Source of the DNA: the human T2T-CHM13v2.0 reference genome, Homo sapiens
NCBI RefSeq assembly: GCF_009914755.1
Contig: NC_060933.1
Reading direction: 5' to 3' (one strand)
DNA length: 64,000 nucleotides
Shown: positions 13,763 through 26,552 of the stretch, in pieces
How positions within the stretch are numbered: the first letter of the stretch is position 1
How the letters are laid out: each line of letters begins with the position of its first letter
Made by a program: the position numbers and the translations under genes
Notes under the pieces: model-generated
Told to the model about the DNA's origin: nothing
The model's input: the letters and a program-made list of their open reading frames with translations, nothing else
Database searches by the model: none

Positions 13763-15314
13763 AACAACTTTACATGCATAAACTAAAAATCCTGGAGGAG
13801 ATGGATAAATTTCTGGAAAGATACAAACCTGCTAGCTTAAATGAGGAAGAATTAGATACCCTGAACAGACCAATAACAAGTAGTAAGATTGAAATGGTAA
13901 TAAAAAAATAACTAACAAAAAAAAATTTTAGACCAGACAGATTCACAGCTGAATTCTACCAGATATTCAAAGAAGACTTGGTACCAGTCCTATCGACACT
14001 ATTCCACAAGATAAAGAGGGAAACCTCCCTAAATCATTCTGTGAAGCCAGTATGTGTATAACCCTAACACCAAAACCAGAAAAGGATATAACAATAAAAG
14101 AAAACTACAGACCAATATCGCTGATGAACATATATGCAAAAATTTTCAACAAAATACTAGCTAACCAAATCCAACAACATATCAAAAAGATAATCCACCA
14201 TGATCAAGTGGGTTTCATGCCAGGGATGCAGAGATGGTTTAACATATGCAAGTCAATAAGGGTGATATACCACAATAAACAGAATTAAAAACAAAAATCA
14301 CATGATCATCTCAATAGATGCAGAAAAATCATTTGATAAAACCCAACATCTCTTTATAATTAAAACTCTCAGCAAAATTGGCATACAAGGGACATATCTC
14401 AATGTAATCAAAGCCATCTATGACAAACCACGGCCAACAGAATACTAAATGGGGGAAAGTTAAAAGCCTTCCTTCTGAGAAGCAGAACAAGGTAAGGATA
14501 CCCACTCTCACCACTTCTATTCAGCATAGTACTGGAAGTCCTAGTCAGAGCAGACAAGAGAAAGAAAGGTAAAATTTCTAGAAGATAACATCGGAAAAAC
14601 CCTTCTAGACAGTGCCTTAGGATAAGATTTCATGACCAAGAACCCAAAAGCAAATGCAATAAAAATAAAAATAAATACCTGGGACTTAATTAAACTAAAG
14701 AGCTTTTGTATGGCAAAAGGAACTGTCAGCAGATTAAACAGAAAACCCACAGAGTGGGAGAAAAATCTTCACAATCTATGCATCTGACACAGGACTAATA
14801 TCCAGAATCTACAAGGAACTCAAACAAATTAGCAAGAAAAAAACAATCCCATCAAAAAGTGGGCTAAGGATATGAATAGACAATTATCAAAAGAAGATAC
14901 ACAAATGGCCAAAAAATGTGTGAAACAATGCTCAGCATCACTAAGGATCAGGGAAATGCAAATCAAAACCACAATGTGATACCACCTTATTCCTGCAAGA
15001 ATGGCTATAATAAAAAAAATCAAAAAATAATAGATGTTGGCATGGATGCAGTGAAAACGGAACACTTCTACACTGCTGGTGGGAATGTAAACTAGTGCAA
15101 CCACTATGGAAAACAGTGTGGAGATTTCTTAAAGAACTAAAAGTGGAACTACCATTTGATCCAGCAATCCCACTACTGGGTACCTACCCAGAGGAAAAGA
15201 AGTTTTTATACGAAAAATAAAATACTGGCTCACACATGTTTATAGCAGCACAATTCACAATTGCAAAGACGTGGAACCAACCCAAATGCCCATCAATCAA
15301 TGAGTCTATAAACT

Positions 15315-15317
<3 letters not shown>

Positions 15318-15365
<48 letters not shown>

Positions 15366-15628
15366 AACCATTATTGCAATTATCATTTTGATCCTATCTA
15401 TACTAAATGTTGTCTCTACTCCTGTTTTTAAAGCATATATATATACACACACACACACATATATACACACACACATACATATACACCCACATATATATAC
15501 ACACATACATATATATGTATATGTATATGTATATTTGTATATGTATATATATACACATATATATACATATATACGTATATATGTGTATATGTATATATGC
15601 GTATATATATGTATATGTATGTATATAT
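15318..15628. repeat. Pure (TA)~23 tract plus degenerate TA/CA/TG tract, split by a 72-bp non-repeat insert
   Basis: Read directly. It lies where L1PB 3' ends carry a short TATA run. Confidence 0.95.
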
Positions 15629-15870
15629 GATGGAATACTACTCAGCCATAAAAAGGAATGAACTAATGCCATTCACAGCAACCTTGCTGGGATTGAAGAC
15701 TATTATTCTAAGTGAAGTAACTCAGGAATGGAAAACCAAACATCGTATGTTCTCACTCATAAGTGGGAGCTAAAATCTGAGGATGCAAAGGCATAAGAAT
15801 CACACAACAGACTTTGGGAAATTAGGGGGAAATGCTGGGAAGGGGGTGAGGGATAAAAGACCACACATTG

Positions 15871-16204
<334 letters not shown>

Positions 16205-16314
16205 CTACTGTTCAGGAGATGGGTGCACCAAAATCTTACAAATCACCACCAAAGAACTTACTCATGTAATCAAATACCACCTGTTCCTTAAAAACCTATG
16301 AATATAAAATCTTT

Positions 16315-16659
<345 letters not shown>

Positions 16660-18221
16660 AAAATCTTTTTTTAAAAAGAAACTGAATTGAATGGGAAGCC
16701 CAGTTATATTGAATTCCAGAGTTACACAGGCTTTCTTTGTACATTTTTTACTCCTTGGTCTGTGTTTACATTGCATGCCCTCAGAGCCTTTCAGTTTGGT
16801 TTTCTTTCTAAATTTATTTGGACCCAAATGCCCTGTTTCTCTTTCACCTTTATTTCTCAGCAAGGGTTAAAAGAAATAGAGGTCAGCAAATCTAGAAAGC
16901 ATTGCAGAGTTTGTATTAGTGTTTTAGCAGGAACAGCTATTCTGAAAGGCTGTAATGAAAAGAAGTACAGTTGGGTTCTCAAGCTCCTTTTGGATACCTT
17001 CCACCTCTGCCCTAATATAGGCAGCTGTCTCCAAATGTTTCTTTCCCTGGCTATTCAAGGAGTCTCATTTGGGTAACTCTCCAATCATTAATGCAATTAT
17101 CATTTAGATCCTATCTATACTAAATGTTGTCTCCACTCCTGTTTGTAAAGCTCTTATCATCTAGTTTGCAATATTGGACTTGCTCAAACATGGCTCACCA
17201 TCCAACAGTAAATGGAGCCAATACTTATTGAGCCTAATGGTTCTTATATTATAGCCACATCCTCATTAAGAGAAAATGGTGCAAAATTTTTGAGAAAAAC
17301 ATTACTTAAAGATTTTTGAACTATATTTATGAAGTTAGTGATGGTCAACTTTAGTGAAGAATTTTTTAATGACAGGAAAGGCTATTTGTTTTTCTTTACT
17401 TTTTTACACCTGCTACTCACTCCACACTTCACATAGAAAGGACCTCTCCTTTATTTGTATGTCATCTTCACCTGGACAAACCACTATCATAATGTTTATC
17501 TGAATACAAATAATGTCCTTGCCTAGTTAATCCTCATCACCTATTTCAATGTATGACAAAGAGTAGCCGTTCAATAATCTTTACTTAAAAGAATAAAATA
17601 GGAGGGCAAAAATACCATCATAAGATGAGAGTTAAACAATTTTGACTAAGTTAAGTTTTTATTTTGTCATTTACATATTTTTCTTGAGAATATTAAAAAA
17701 TTTATTAGTAATTCTGACATCTATGTATCACAGGTAGGAAGATGCCAACATTTTAATTTTAGCTGAATTTTCTTTAATTTACCCAATTACCCAAGTGGAT
17801 CTTCAACTTTTCAGGGACTTGGAATAATGATAGTTTCTATTACTTGGAATTGTATTTATTTATTTTTCTTTGTTGTCCTTTTTTAATTGGAATTGACTCA
17901 ATTGCTTTTTTTCTTTCTTTTTTCTCCTTTCCTCTCAGTGTTGAATTTTTTGAGTTTATGTATACATTTATGTACAAGTGAACTTTTATTGTTCCTCTAC
18001 AAGGAGTGGTACTAATACCTTAAAATAATGTTTAAGAATGTGCAGAAGAATTTCTAATTGTCAGACTATCTGGGAATATTACTAGTATTTCAATTCCAGG
18101 ATCTGGGGATAATACATTTCCTGTACTACAGGTAACTGTCTTGTAAAATGAAGAATTTCACCCTGCTAAAATTTTAAAAGTGTTCCAATTGAAAGAATTT
18201 CACAGGATCTTAAAATGGAAA

Positions 18222-18345
18222 TCAACATTTATTGAACATCTATACTGTGAAATTTATTGTATTTGAACTTTGGAGGTAGAGAAGGATGTGGGGAGATGCA
18301 CAAAGGGTGTAACTTCTTATTCTATAAAAGTTTAAAATCCACTGA
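18222..18345 (-). mobile_element. L2 3' end fragment
   Basis: caacatttattgaacatctatactgtg is the reversed L2 tail. Confidence 0.45.
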
Positions 18346-20014
18346 GATTATAGAGGACACGACAGCTAGAAATATTTAAATTAATACGTTCAGAAGGTTT
18401 ACCCTTACTTACCATTGCCCGTCTGACCACCTTACGACCTGAACTATTCAGTGAGTCAATGCAAGTGATGTGTGACAAAGATGAGGACAAAAAACATGAG
18501 TTTTTGAGGGATCTCAAATGGAACACTAAGATCATAGAAGATTTCTTTTTGTAGCGCTGTGCTTATCTTAAACAAGGGTATCCTCAGGAATATTAGAGGT
18601 TATGTTGCTGGCATTGGACACTATGAGAATAGGGAGCACATCTGACACAACTTCTTGGAGCATTTTACTAGACAGCTATTTTATAAACTTTTATGTTAAA
18701 CGCAAACATTGTTACCAATTACATTACAAAATTCATATGAGTTTTAAACATAAAGGTGGTGACTGTGAAGACATTTAATTATTATGACAAGCTGCTTAAA
18801 GTTATATTCTTAGACGTTTTAGACTATAGGTCGTGTGTTTATTCTCTGTTGTAGAAGGACATTTGGCAGAAAATTTTAAGAACACTGGAATTAGCTGATG
18901 GCCTTCTAATCAAGAGATTCATTGTGAAAAATAAGTCTGCATCCAAGACTAGCAGAATGGAACAGTGAGTGCCAACGAGCCACTTCAGTATTAGTCAACC
19001 CAATCCTCAGCTGTCTTCCATTATGCTAGAATTGCTATGTTCACCAAAGAAGGGTTGATAAATGGGTTATAAAAAGAGTTGAGATTGGACTATCTCTCTG
19101 AGATTTGGAGGCCCTCTATGATGAATCAGGGGAACTTTTAAAAAGACAGTAAGCTCAGTCCCCCAAATCACTTTTCCAAGGGGAATAGGCGTTCTTTTCA
19201 GTACAGAACCCAAATACTTAAAAATAGGAGTATCACTGACAACCTTCAGCATGAAGTTGCTCGAAACATAAATAGCTTTTAGAAAGAAGGAACACTGGGG
19301 GACTTCTGGATAAATTGGGGTGACAATGCAGAGTATGGTTGCCTAGTACCTGTGCATTGCTTGGATGAATCTAACAAAAAATTATATAGGACTTGTAAAT
19401 TAATAATTAATGACTACTGATTGAAAAATGATGATTGAATAATGTTAAATGAAACTGACAATTACTCAAATAATACCAATGAGTAAAGCATCAAAAGTAA
19501 TTGTCTACTAAGACTTGTTTTTCTTAAATATTACCAAAATTTACTAACAATAAAAAAAGTGGGAAGATGCTCAAAATCCATATAATTTTGTGTATAAGTA
19601 CTTACACAGAGCTACTCAGATGGGAATGGACATTGTATAGACTTACACTGTAGTTCTAAAAGTTATATTTTTCTTTATTATTTGGGTAGTTAATTTTTTC
19701 CATTATATATATATTTTACATTCAATATGTTGATGAAATACTTGGAAACTTTAAAATAATTTCTGAAAGATGGAGGCTCCTGGGTGTAGATGAACTTCTT
19801 CTATGGAAAAGTGACAGATTTTAAATCTTACAATCAGATCAGTAGTTCACGGGACATCTGATATTTTATTTTAAATTATTCTTTTTAAAAATGATGTAAT
19901 AGCAATTCTTCAGATAAAAAATTCCATGGTCAGCTGGGAATTGCAGAGAGGACTGATCTGTTATATCTTGTTTATCATTAATAATTCAACATTGATATTA
20001 TTATTAATTTCCTT

Positions 20015-20140
20015 TAGTTTTGTTAAATCTAGAATAAAAGCCTTCTTCCGAAGGCTTTTGCAAGAAATAAATGAAGTAAGTAAATACCAAGCATAGTATG
20101 CTTACAAAGTAAATACACAATAAACAGAAGCCATTATTAA
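20015..20140 (+). mobile_element. MIR 3' half
   Basis: gaaggcttttgcaagaaataaatgaag...aagcatagtatgcttacaaagtaaatacacaataaa. Confidence 0.45.
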
Positions 20141-20424
20141 AAAGAGGTTATTCTGACTCCTTTCTCTCTTTGATATTCCCTAGGAAAGAACAAAAAAATT
20201 GCCCATTTATATTATCAGTACTGATTCCACCTTTCTAGAATATTTTGTGGTCTATGGATTCTATATTTTTTCCTACCATGCAGCTTAAGCAACTAGAAGC
20301 TGTTTATACTTCAAAATTAGCTAAATCAAGAACTTTGCAAGATGCTGTCATTTATAATTCAATGTGTTTATTTTCTGTGTACCCACTTGTATTTTGAATA
20401 TTTGCATGCATCTGCAAACTATAA

Positions 20425-20760
20425 CAATCAAAAGATATTTAATAATGACCTATTTTGAGTCAGTCGCCATGTTGGTTACTGGGAAGGCAGCAGGATTAAG
20501 GCGTGACTCTGTCTTCTAAGATCCCACCAGTGGAAACTGGTATATTAGACAGGGAAGATGAGATTAGAAGCTTAAAGAGAAATTTTAAATATAATAGCAA
20601 CTATAAGAAATATATACAATATGTCTGAATAGCAAAGAATAACAGCATCTATCTCAGCTTACATGTCTGTGTAGGATGGGAAGGGGGAAATTTGTAGAGA
20701 TGATTGTTTGGAGATCCTGTATCTTAAGAGTAAAAAGGATTTAGTCTGGGGGAAAGGAAA
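20425..20760 (-). mobile_element. L2 fragment
   Basis: atatttaataatgacctattttgagtcagtcgccatgttggttactggg resembles the reversed L2 tail. Confidence 0.45.
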
Positions 20761-21754
20761 CTAGTCTATCTTAGAATGATCTGTTGTAAATTTTTTCAGT
20801 ATTGCCAAATCCAGTTGTTTCTTTCTCATTACCTATGCTCTTTCATTACCTACGATCACTCATGCCAACAAATAAGTTATCAGCTTTACAGTAAAGCTTA
20901 TGTATAATTCCTTAAGTTACATGTTATTAAATTGAACTAAGACATATTATCCTGATTGACCTTAGCAAGTAACCTATGCAAGCTTGCCAATTATCTGGAG
21001 TAATCTTGGAGACAAGTCCCCCAAATCTTATAATGATAATTTAAAAGAAAAAAAATCAGATTTCTAGTCTTTCCTAGACTCTGACCATCAAACTCACTAT
21101 CCCAAACTTCAGATTAAGTATGGTGGATGCTGTGCAAAATCCATTCTCATAGCAGGTGGCAGCAGCAGTGGCAGTAGCACCTAGTTTTGCAGCATTTATG
21201 ACTGTGAAAACAATGGCATTTAATGTTCTGCAGCAGAAGCTGAGGTTACTACAGATGTGACTACTTAGTTTTCCTTAAATTCCTGCCTATGTCGCAAGTT
21301 TTATTGAAGAACTTTTCTTGAAATGTGGCAAGCCTCCCAAAATTTTCAATCAATGTCTTGAATTGTTATAGCAGAAGAATAGCTTTGTTGTTTGAAAATA
21401 ACAGCCAAGAAAGACTAAGAGGATCTTGGATAGTTTTTATTAAATTCATACCCTCCACATACAGCTATGCCAAATATAGGAGGGAATGTTCCAGACAAAT
21501 CCTGCAAACTTGTGCCAGGTATTTGTGACTAGCAAGTAGATATTTCAGACTTCTCTAGGTCCATGCCTGTGGTGCTAACATTAGTCTTCAGTAGATGTTT
21601 TAAAAGGTTTTATTCTACTACATTTGTCCTAAAGAAGACCCAAGGAAAGTAATTTATACACATGCTATCTATTAAGGTTTACTCCTGCCAGCCTTTGTAG
21701 TGGGAGCAATGAGAATTAAAATTAACAGATGCCAGAGTGACTAACTGTAACAAT

Positions 21755-21980
21755 TAATATTTATTGAATTGCTACTATTTGTGAAGTACTATGTTAAATG
21801 AATTATACGAATTAATCTCACTTAATCCTTAGTCAACCCTATAAAGAAGGTACTGCTATCTTTGTTTTATAGGTGATAAAATTTATAATTAGATATAAAT
21901 AATATACCTAAAACCAAGCAGATGTAAGTGAAATAGCCAGTTTTTGAACCAAAGGTTGATTTTTCAGCACCTGAACTCTT
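21755..21980 (-). mobile_element. MIR SINE
   Basis: atttattgaattgctactat...ctcacttaatccttagtcaaccctataaagaaggtactgctatc...tttgaaccaaagg. Confidence 0.8.
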
Positions 21981-24489
21981 GTTGAATTATTCACTGGCAA
22001 GTGTCAGGCTTCTGTGTCATCTTCATCTTCCACCAAGATGATTCTTCTTTCACAGCTAAGCTCAGAAGTATGTGTTTATTTGTATTAGGAAGTTATTACT
22101 CTGAACTTAATTAGAAAATTATTTTGCTTTTTCCTAATAATATTGCATCATTCTAACGTTGGTGATTGGTTTTATTTAGTCAGTAGAAAGGAGACAAAGT
22201 GAACTGCAATTTTGCACGCCAAAATCAACTATCCTTAATTCAAGCATGCACAAGTAATTCCTAATCAAATTTTAAACAATTGCTCTGGCCTATTTTCAGT
22301 AAAGTAAAATGAAGGTCTAAGTGAAAATTATTTTTAGTTTCTCCTTGCATAAAATTGATGAACTGATTGCTTAAACTTTAATGAATATTAATAATATCTC
22401 ATACAAAAACACTTTGTGTCTATGATAAATATCTTACTAAAACTGAGGAGAAATGGGGTAAAGATATTCTTATATTTATTATCCATGATTCTACCCTATT
22501 GTGAAGACACAGGAAATAAAGTTTTCACCATCCAGGAAGAATCTAATCTATCCTCATAGTGAATTTATCGATTTTTTCACAAGAAATTATATAGTAATCA
22601 AGGATTTTAATGGTGGAAAGGTAGAAAATAATTTTTCAGAACTGAAAAACTATGAGTAAAAGGTGCTATGTGCTATAACAGCAACACTTTTTAAAACATG
22701 AAACACTATTTGTGAAACACTGGTAACACACAGATATGCAAAAACTCTTGACTCTTTGATGAAATGAACTCTGTGACCCAATGGTATTGAAGAACTGTCA
22801 GGAACCAGTGAGATGGCAACTGAGAAAAATGTCACAACACAGATGGAATCTTACAGTGATTTTCTTAAGGGGATATTAAAATATTGGGATTGAGTGACTT
22901 AAGCAAATCCCAAAGGAATATCAGTCTCTCAACATGAACATGCTTCTCTGTGAAGGGCTTAGAAATATTAAACTCTGTGATAAACAAAATAATACCCCAT
23001 GAGACAGTTCTCTATTTAACTTCTGAGAAGACACATAGTGTGTCCCTCAGAGAAAATTAGGTTAAAAAAAAAACCTTCATTCCAAGATTTACTTTACTAC
23101 AAGTTACTGATGTTTATTTAGACAATGTAAGAAAAAGGTAATAGGTGAGTTAAGACATGACTGCTACCTGTGTAATACAATGATAGCTCATGGAGTGGTT
23201 TTCGAAATAGCTACCTTAAAATCAAATTTGAGTTAAATGCTACTTCACTACAAACAGCCATAAAAAAAAAATTCTCAACTTTCTAAGACTAATTATTTAT
23301 TGAATAGCTACTACAGAAAATCACAGCTTGGAAAGACAGGAAGCAGGTGGCAAACCTCAAATCTTTCCAAGAAAAAGAAAAATTTATAGGGATTATCACC
23401 GAGACTTAAAATTGAATTTAGAAAACTTAACTGAGCATATATTATGTACACAATACTGTGCTAGGTGCTGGCACTTACGTATGTATTTTTTTAAGTTTCA
23501 CAACATTGCACATTTATTAGCATGCATTAATATAAAAATTGATCATTAACACAGTGTAGACTGAAAATCAGTGCCTTACTTCAACAAACAACTTAACCTA
23601 TACTTTAAAAAGGCAAACTATAAGATGTTGATTAAATAGTTAACAAATACAAATAACATATGGCAATATGTAATAATTTTAGGGTAACAATAAGCTTGTC
23701 CTTACCATTCTACCATTTCTGCCGTTAATTGCTGTTGTAGAAATCTGAGCATAGCAGGTGCTGTTGGAAGTGTGACTCTTGATGAATGTGCACACACCAG
23801 CTGATGCCGAAAACCACGTGCCTTCTGCATGTGAACACCTTGTGAAAATGCCTTTTGCTTCGTTTCAGGCCTTTAGGGAAGTGAGGGACATTTTTTTGCC
23901 TGAATATGTTTAGGAAGTATTTCTAAATGTAATAAAACTGTTATTCCCAATGTTAATTTTAAATGCTTTTAATTGCATACAAATTATAGTAAAAGAGCTT
24001 TACTTTTTAACCCCATTGATGCCTGCTGTATTTGGGCGGACAAGAGCAGGTACTAGTCTCAAAAGTTGTCATCTTAGATATTTCAGATCGATTAGAAGGC
24101 CTTCTGGGCAGGAAAGACAGACAGTCTAGAAGTTGTGAAAGAGTAGCAGAATGTGTCTGCAAATAGCAATTAAAGAAATAGTTGAGGGGACATGGATGAG
24201 AATAGATATTGTAAGTGTTCTGGTTCTTAAAGAAAATTTGCCATTTCAATTAGGGCAGACTTAGCTCCAAAACTCCGGATATGTTTTTTTGAAGTTTATG
24301 AAAGAGATTGAGACGATTTTACCCATCAGCCCTCATTCTCCATATAAGAAAATATTCTCTGCATAAATCAAAGAAGGTTTGGCAATGTTTTTCCTTTTTG
24401 GTATGAGAAATGGGACTCACATGTCACATAGACACCAGAAGGATAGCAAATTTCATCTGGCTGTCAAAATTTACTTTTGTTATTAACAA

Positions 24490-24720
24490 AGAGGCCTCCT
24501 GTCCACCAAGGAGACCTCATTTGTAGATTTGGCAAAGTATGGCACAATCTGTGCTTTAAAAACATAGAATTTAAAAAAGAACTAAAAATAATTAGTTACC
24601 AACATCTAAAAGTCAGTGGCATTTATTTAAAAAAATAGTGATATCTGACTTCCCTTAAAACATTAGACAGATTATCAAGACTTAGCTTTTATTGCTACAT
24701 GGTATTATATCCAAATCTTT
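24490..24720 (+). mobile_element. hAT-Charlie DNA transposon relic, MER102/Charlie4-like
   Basis: aattagttaccaacatctaaaagtcag...atctgacttcccttaaaa resembles the recalled MER102 core. Confidence 0.5.
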
Positions 24721-25214
24721 CTGATTTATTATTGTGTTCTCGATATCAAAGCACTTTGGTCAGTTCCTACTTATCATATTTCCACTGTTGTGCTCTATTG
24801 GAGAACTTAGAAGAAAATAAAGTATATTTTGGACCCATGCATTACTAAATGTTGAAAAATTAAAGATGGACCATGAAGGCTGTAATTTCTATTTGTTGTG
24901 GTAGTTAATTTTGTGACTTTTGTGAACATTCATTATTGTGTGTATAAGATATATATAATGAATATACATTATATTCCTCATGAGGGCTCGAATTGCTTCT
25001 TATTTTTTATTTCTGCTCTTCCAATTTTGTTCTAGTGCTGAGTATAAATCAGACACAGGTAGAAAACGTGTGTTGAGTAAATACATAGTAACTTTGCAAA
25101 TAGAAAAGAGGGTGAATGATCTCAAGGGAGGCGTCACCTGGGGTGTAGTAAAATGTTTTGTAATGACTACAAATTGATTCAGCTAGAAATTAAATAGATC
25201 TCTTTGGAATAATA

Positions 25215-25655
25215 CAGTCAATCCTTGCACAATACTGGGGTTAGGGACACTGACCCTTGCACAGTAGAAAATCTGTGTACATCTTTTGACTCCCCAAAAA
25301 TTTAACTGCTAATAGCCTACTTGATCGGAAGGCTTACTGATAACATAAATAACACATATTTTATATCTTGCATGTATTATATAATGTATTCTTACAATAA
25401 AGTAAGAGAGAAAAGAAATAGGGAAAAGAAAATGTTCTTTAAAAAATTGTGAGAAAAAATCATATATTTACTATTCATTAAGCAGAGTGGATCATCATAA
25501 AGGTCTTCATCCTTGTTATCTTCACCTTGACTAGGCTGAGAATGAGGAGGAACAGGAGGGGTAGCCTTGTGGTCTCAGCGGTGTCACAGGCAGAAGAAAA
25601 TACCCATATTAGTGGACCTGCACAGTTCAAATCCATGTTGCTTGAGGGTCAACTG
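25215..25655 (-). mobile_element. Tigger2a (TcMar-Tigger non-autonomous element)
   Basis: TIRs cagtcaatccttgcacaa / ttgcttgagggtcaactg, preceded by TA. About 440 bp, with internal ggatcatcataaaggtcttcatcct. Confidence 0.92.
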
Positions 25656-26552
25656 TTCCGGCAGAACATTAACACATTTAACATTTTTCCTTTATCATAG
25701 TTTCTATCACTAATCTTTCATGTGGCAAACCATTTCTTTAGAAAAAAAGGACAATGCTCTCAAGTAGCCTTTACAGTGTGAAGCTGGGTAGAGATTAAAC
25801 ATGGTGATTAATAACAATTTAGCCCATGGTAACAGACCCCAGGAACACGGTAGAGCAAGATTAGTAGGAGACACTAAATCAATTAAGAATTCTAGAGTCC
25901 AGAAAGGAAGAAAATATATTGGAAAATAGGATTTATAGTTCCTTTCCAGGAGGCAAGATCCAGGAACAGTTTTAAGGTTTAATTCTGTGTTTTGTTTGGT
26001 TTTGTTCATCTAGGGTTGCTTGAACGCACATGTATGAAACCAAAATCTTAAAGATACTAATCTGCACTTAATTTAGGAAATTGAATGTGAATGCATTTAA
26101 GTTATGATTTCTAATAATATGCCTTGATTAGACTTGTACAGAAAGCATGTTTCCTTGACTGGATTTATGGAAAACACTGATTTCTATTATTATAGTAGAA
26201 TATACTCTGTTTTGACCAGGTACACAATATTAAATATTTCAGATAGTGATGGTCTACCAGTAACCAATATTACTCATATTACAGCAATTTATACTTCTTT
26301 TGATTATAATGAACGACTTCTGCTTGTATCTGCAAATATGTAGGAAATATCTTATGAAATGTGTTCTCGTCATTTATATTTTATTTAACAATATTTACAT
26401 TGATTTCAGAAAAAAGTTTCAACATTATTTTGATAAATTCTTGTTAAGTAGAAGAACTTCTACACTAATGCATAAGGATATACATGCTACTTTTCAAGAT
26501 TCACAACTAATAATGAGCTTGTTTTCAGATTCATGGGAATGACATGAAATGA

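Noticed and set aside
14555-14580. The ~1-kb L1 RT deletion as a spliced L1 RNA product
   Set aside because: The deleted segment does not begin with GT in the recalled consensus; an ordinary deletion is more likely.
15306-15672. Y/I/H/C-rich ORFs (also at 3481-3959)
   Set aside because: They are translations of dinucleotide repeats.
16687-17076. 129-aa ORF
   Set aside because: Non-ATG start, composition typical of random AT-rich DNA, and no exon signals.
20036-20059. Perfect 10-bp hairpin followed by Ts, terminator-like
   Set aside because: About one such stem is expected by chance in 64 kb. It lies in a MIR relic, and intrinsic terminators do not apply to human DNA.
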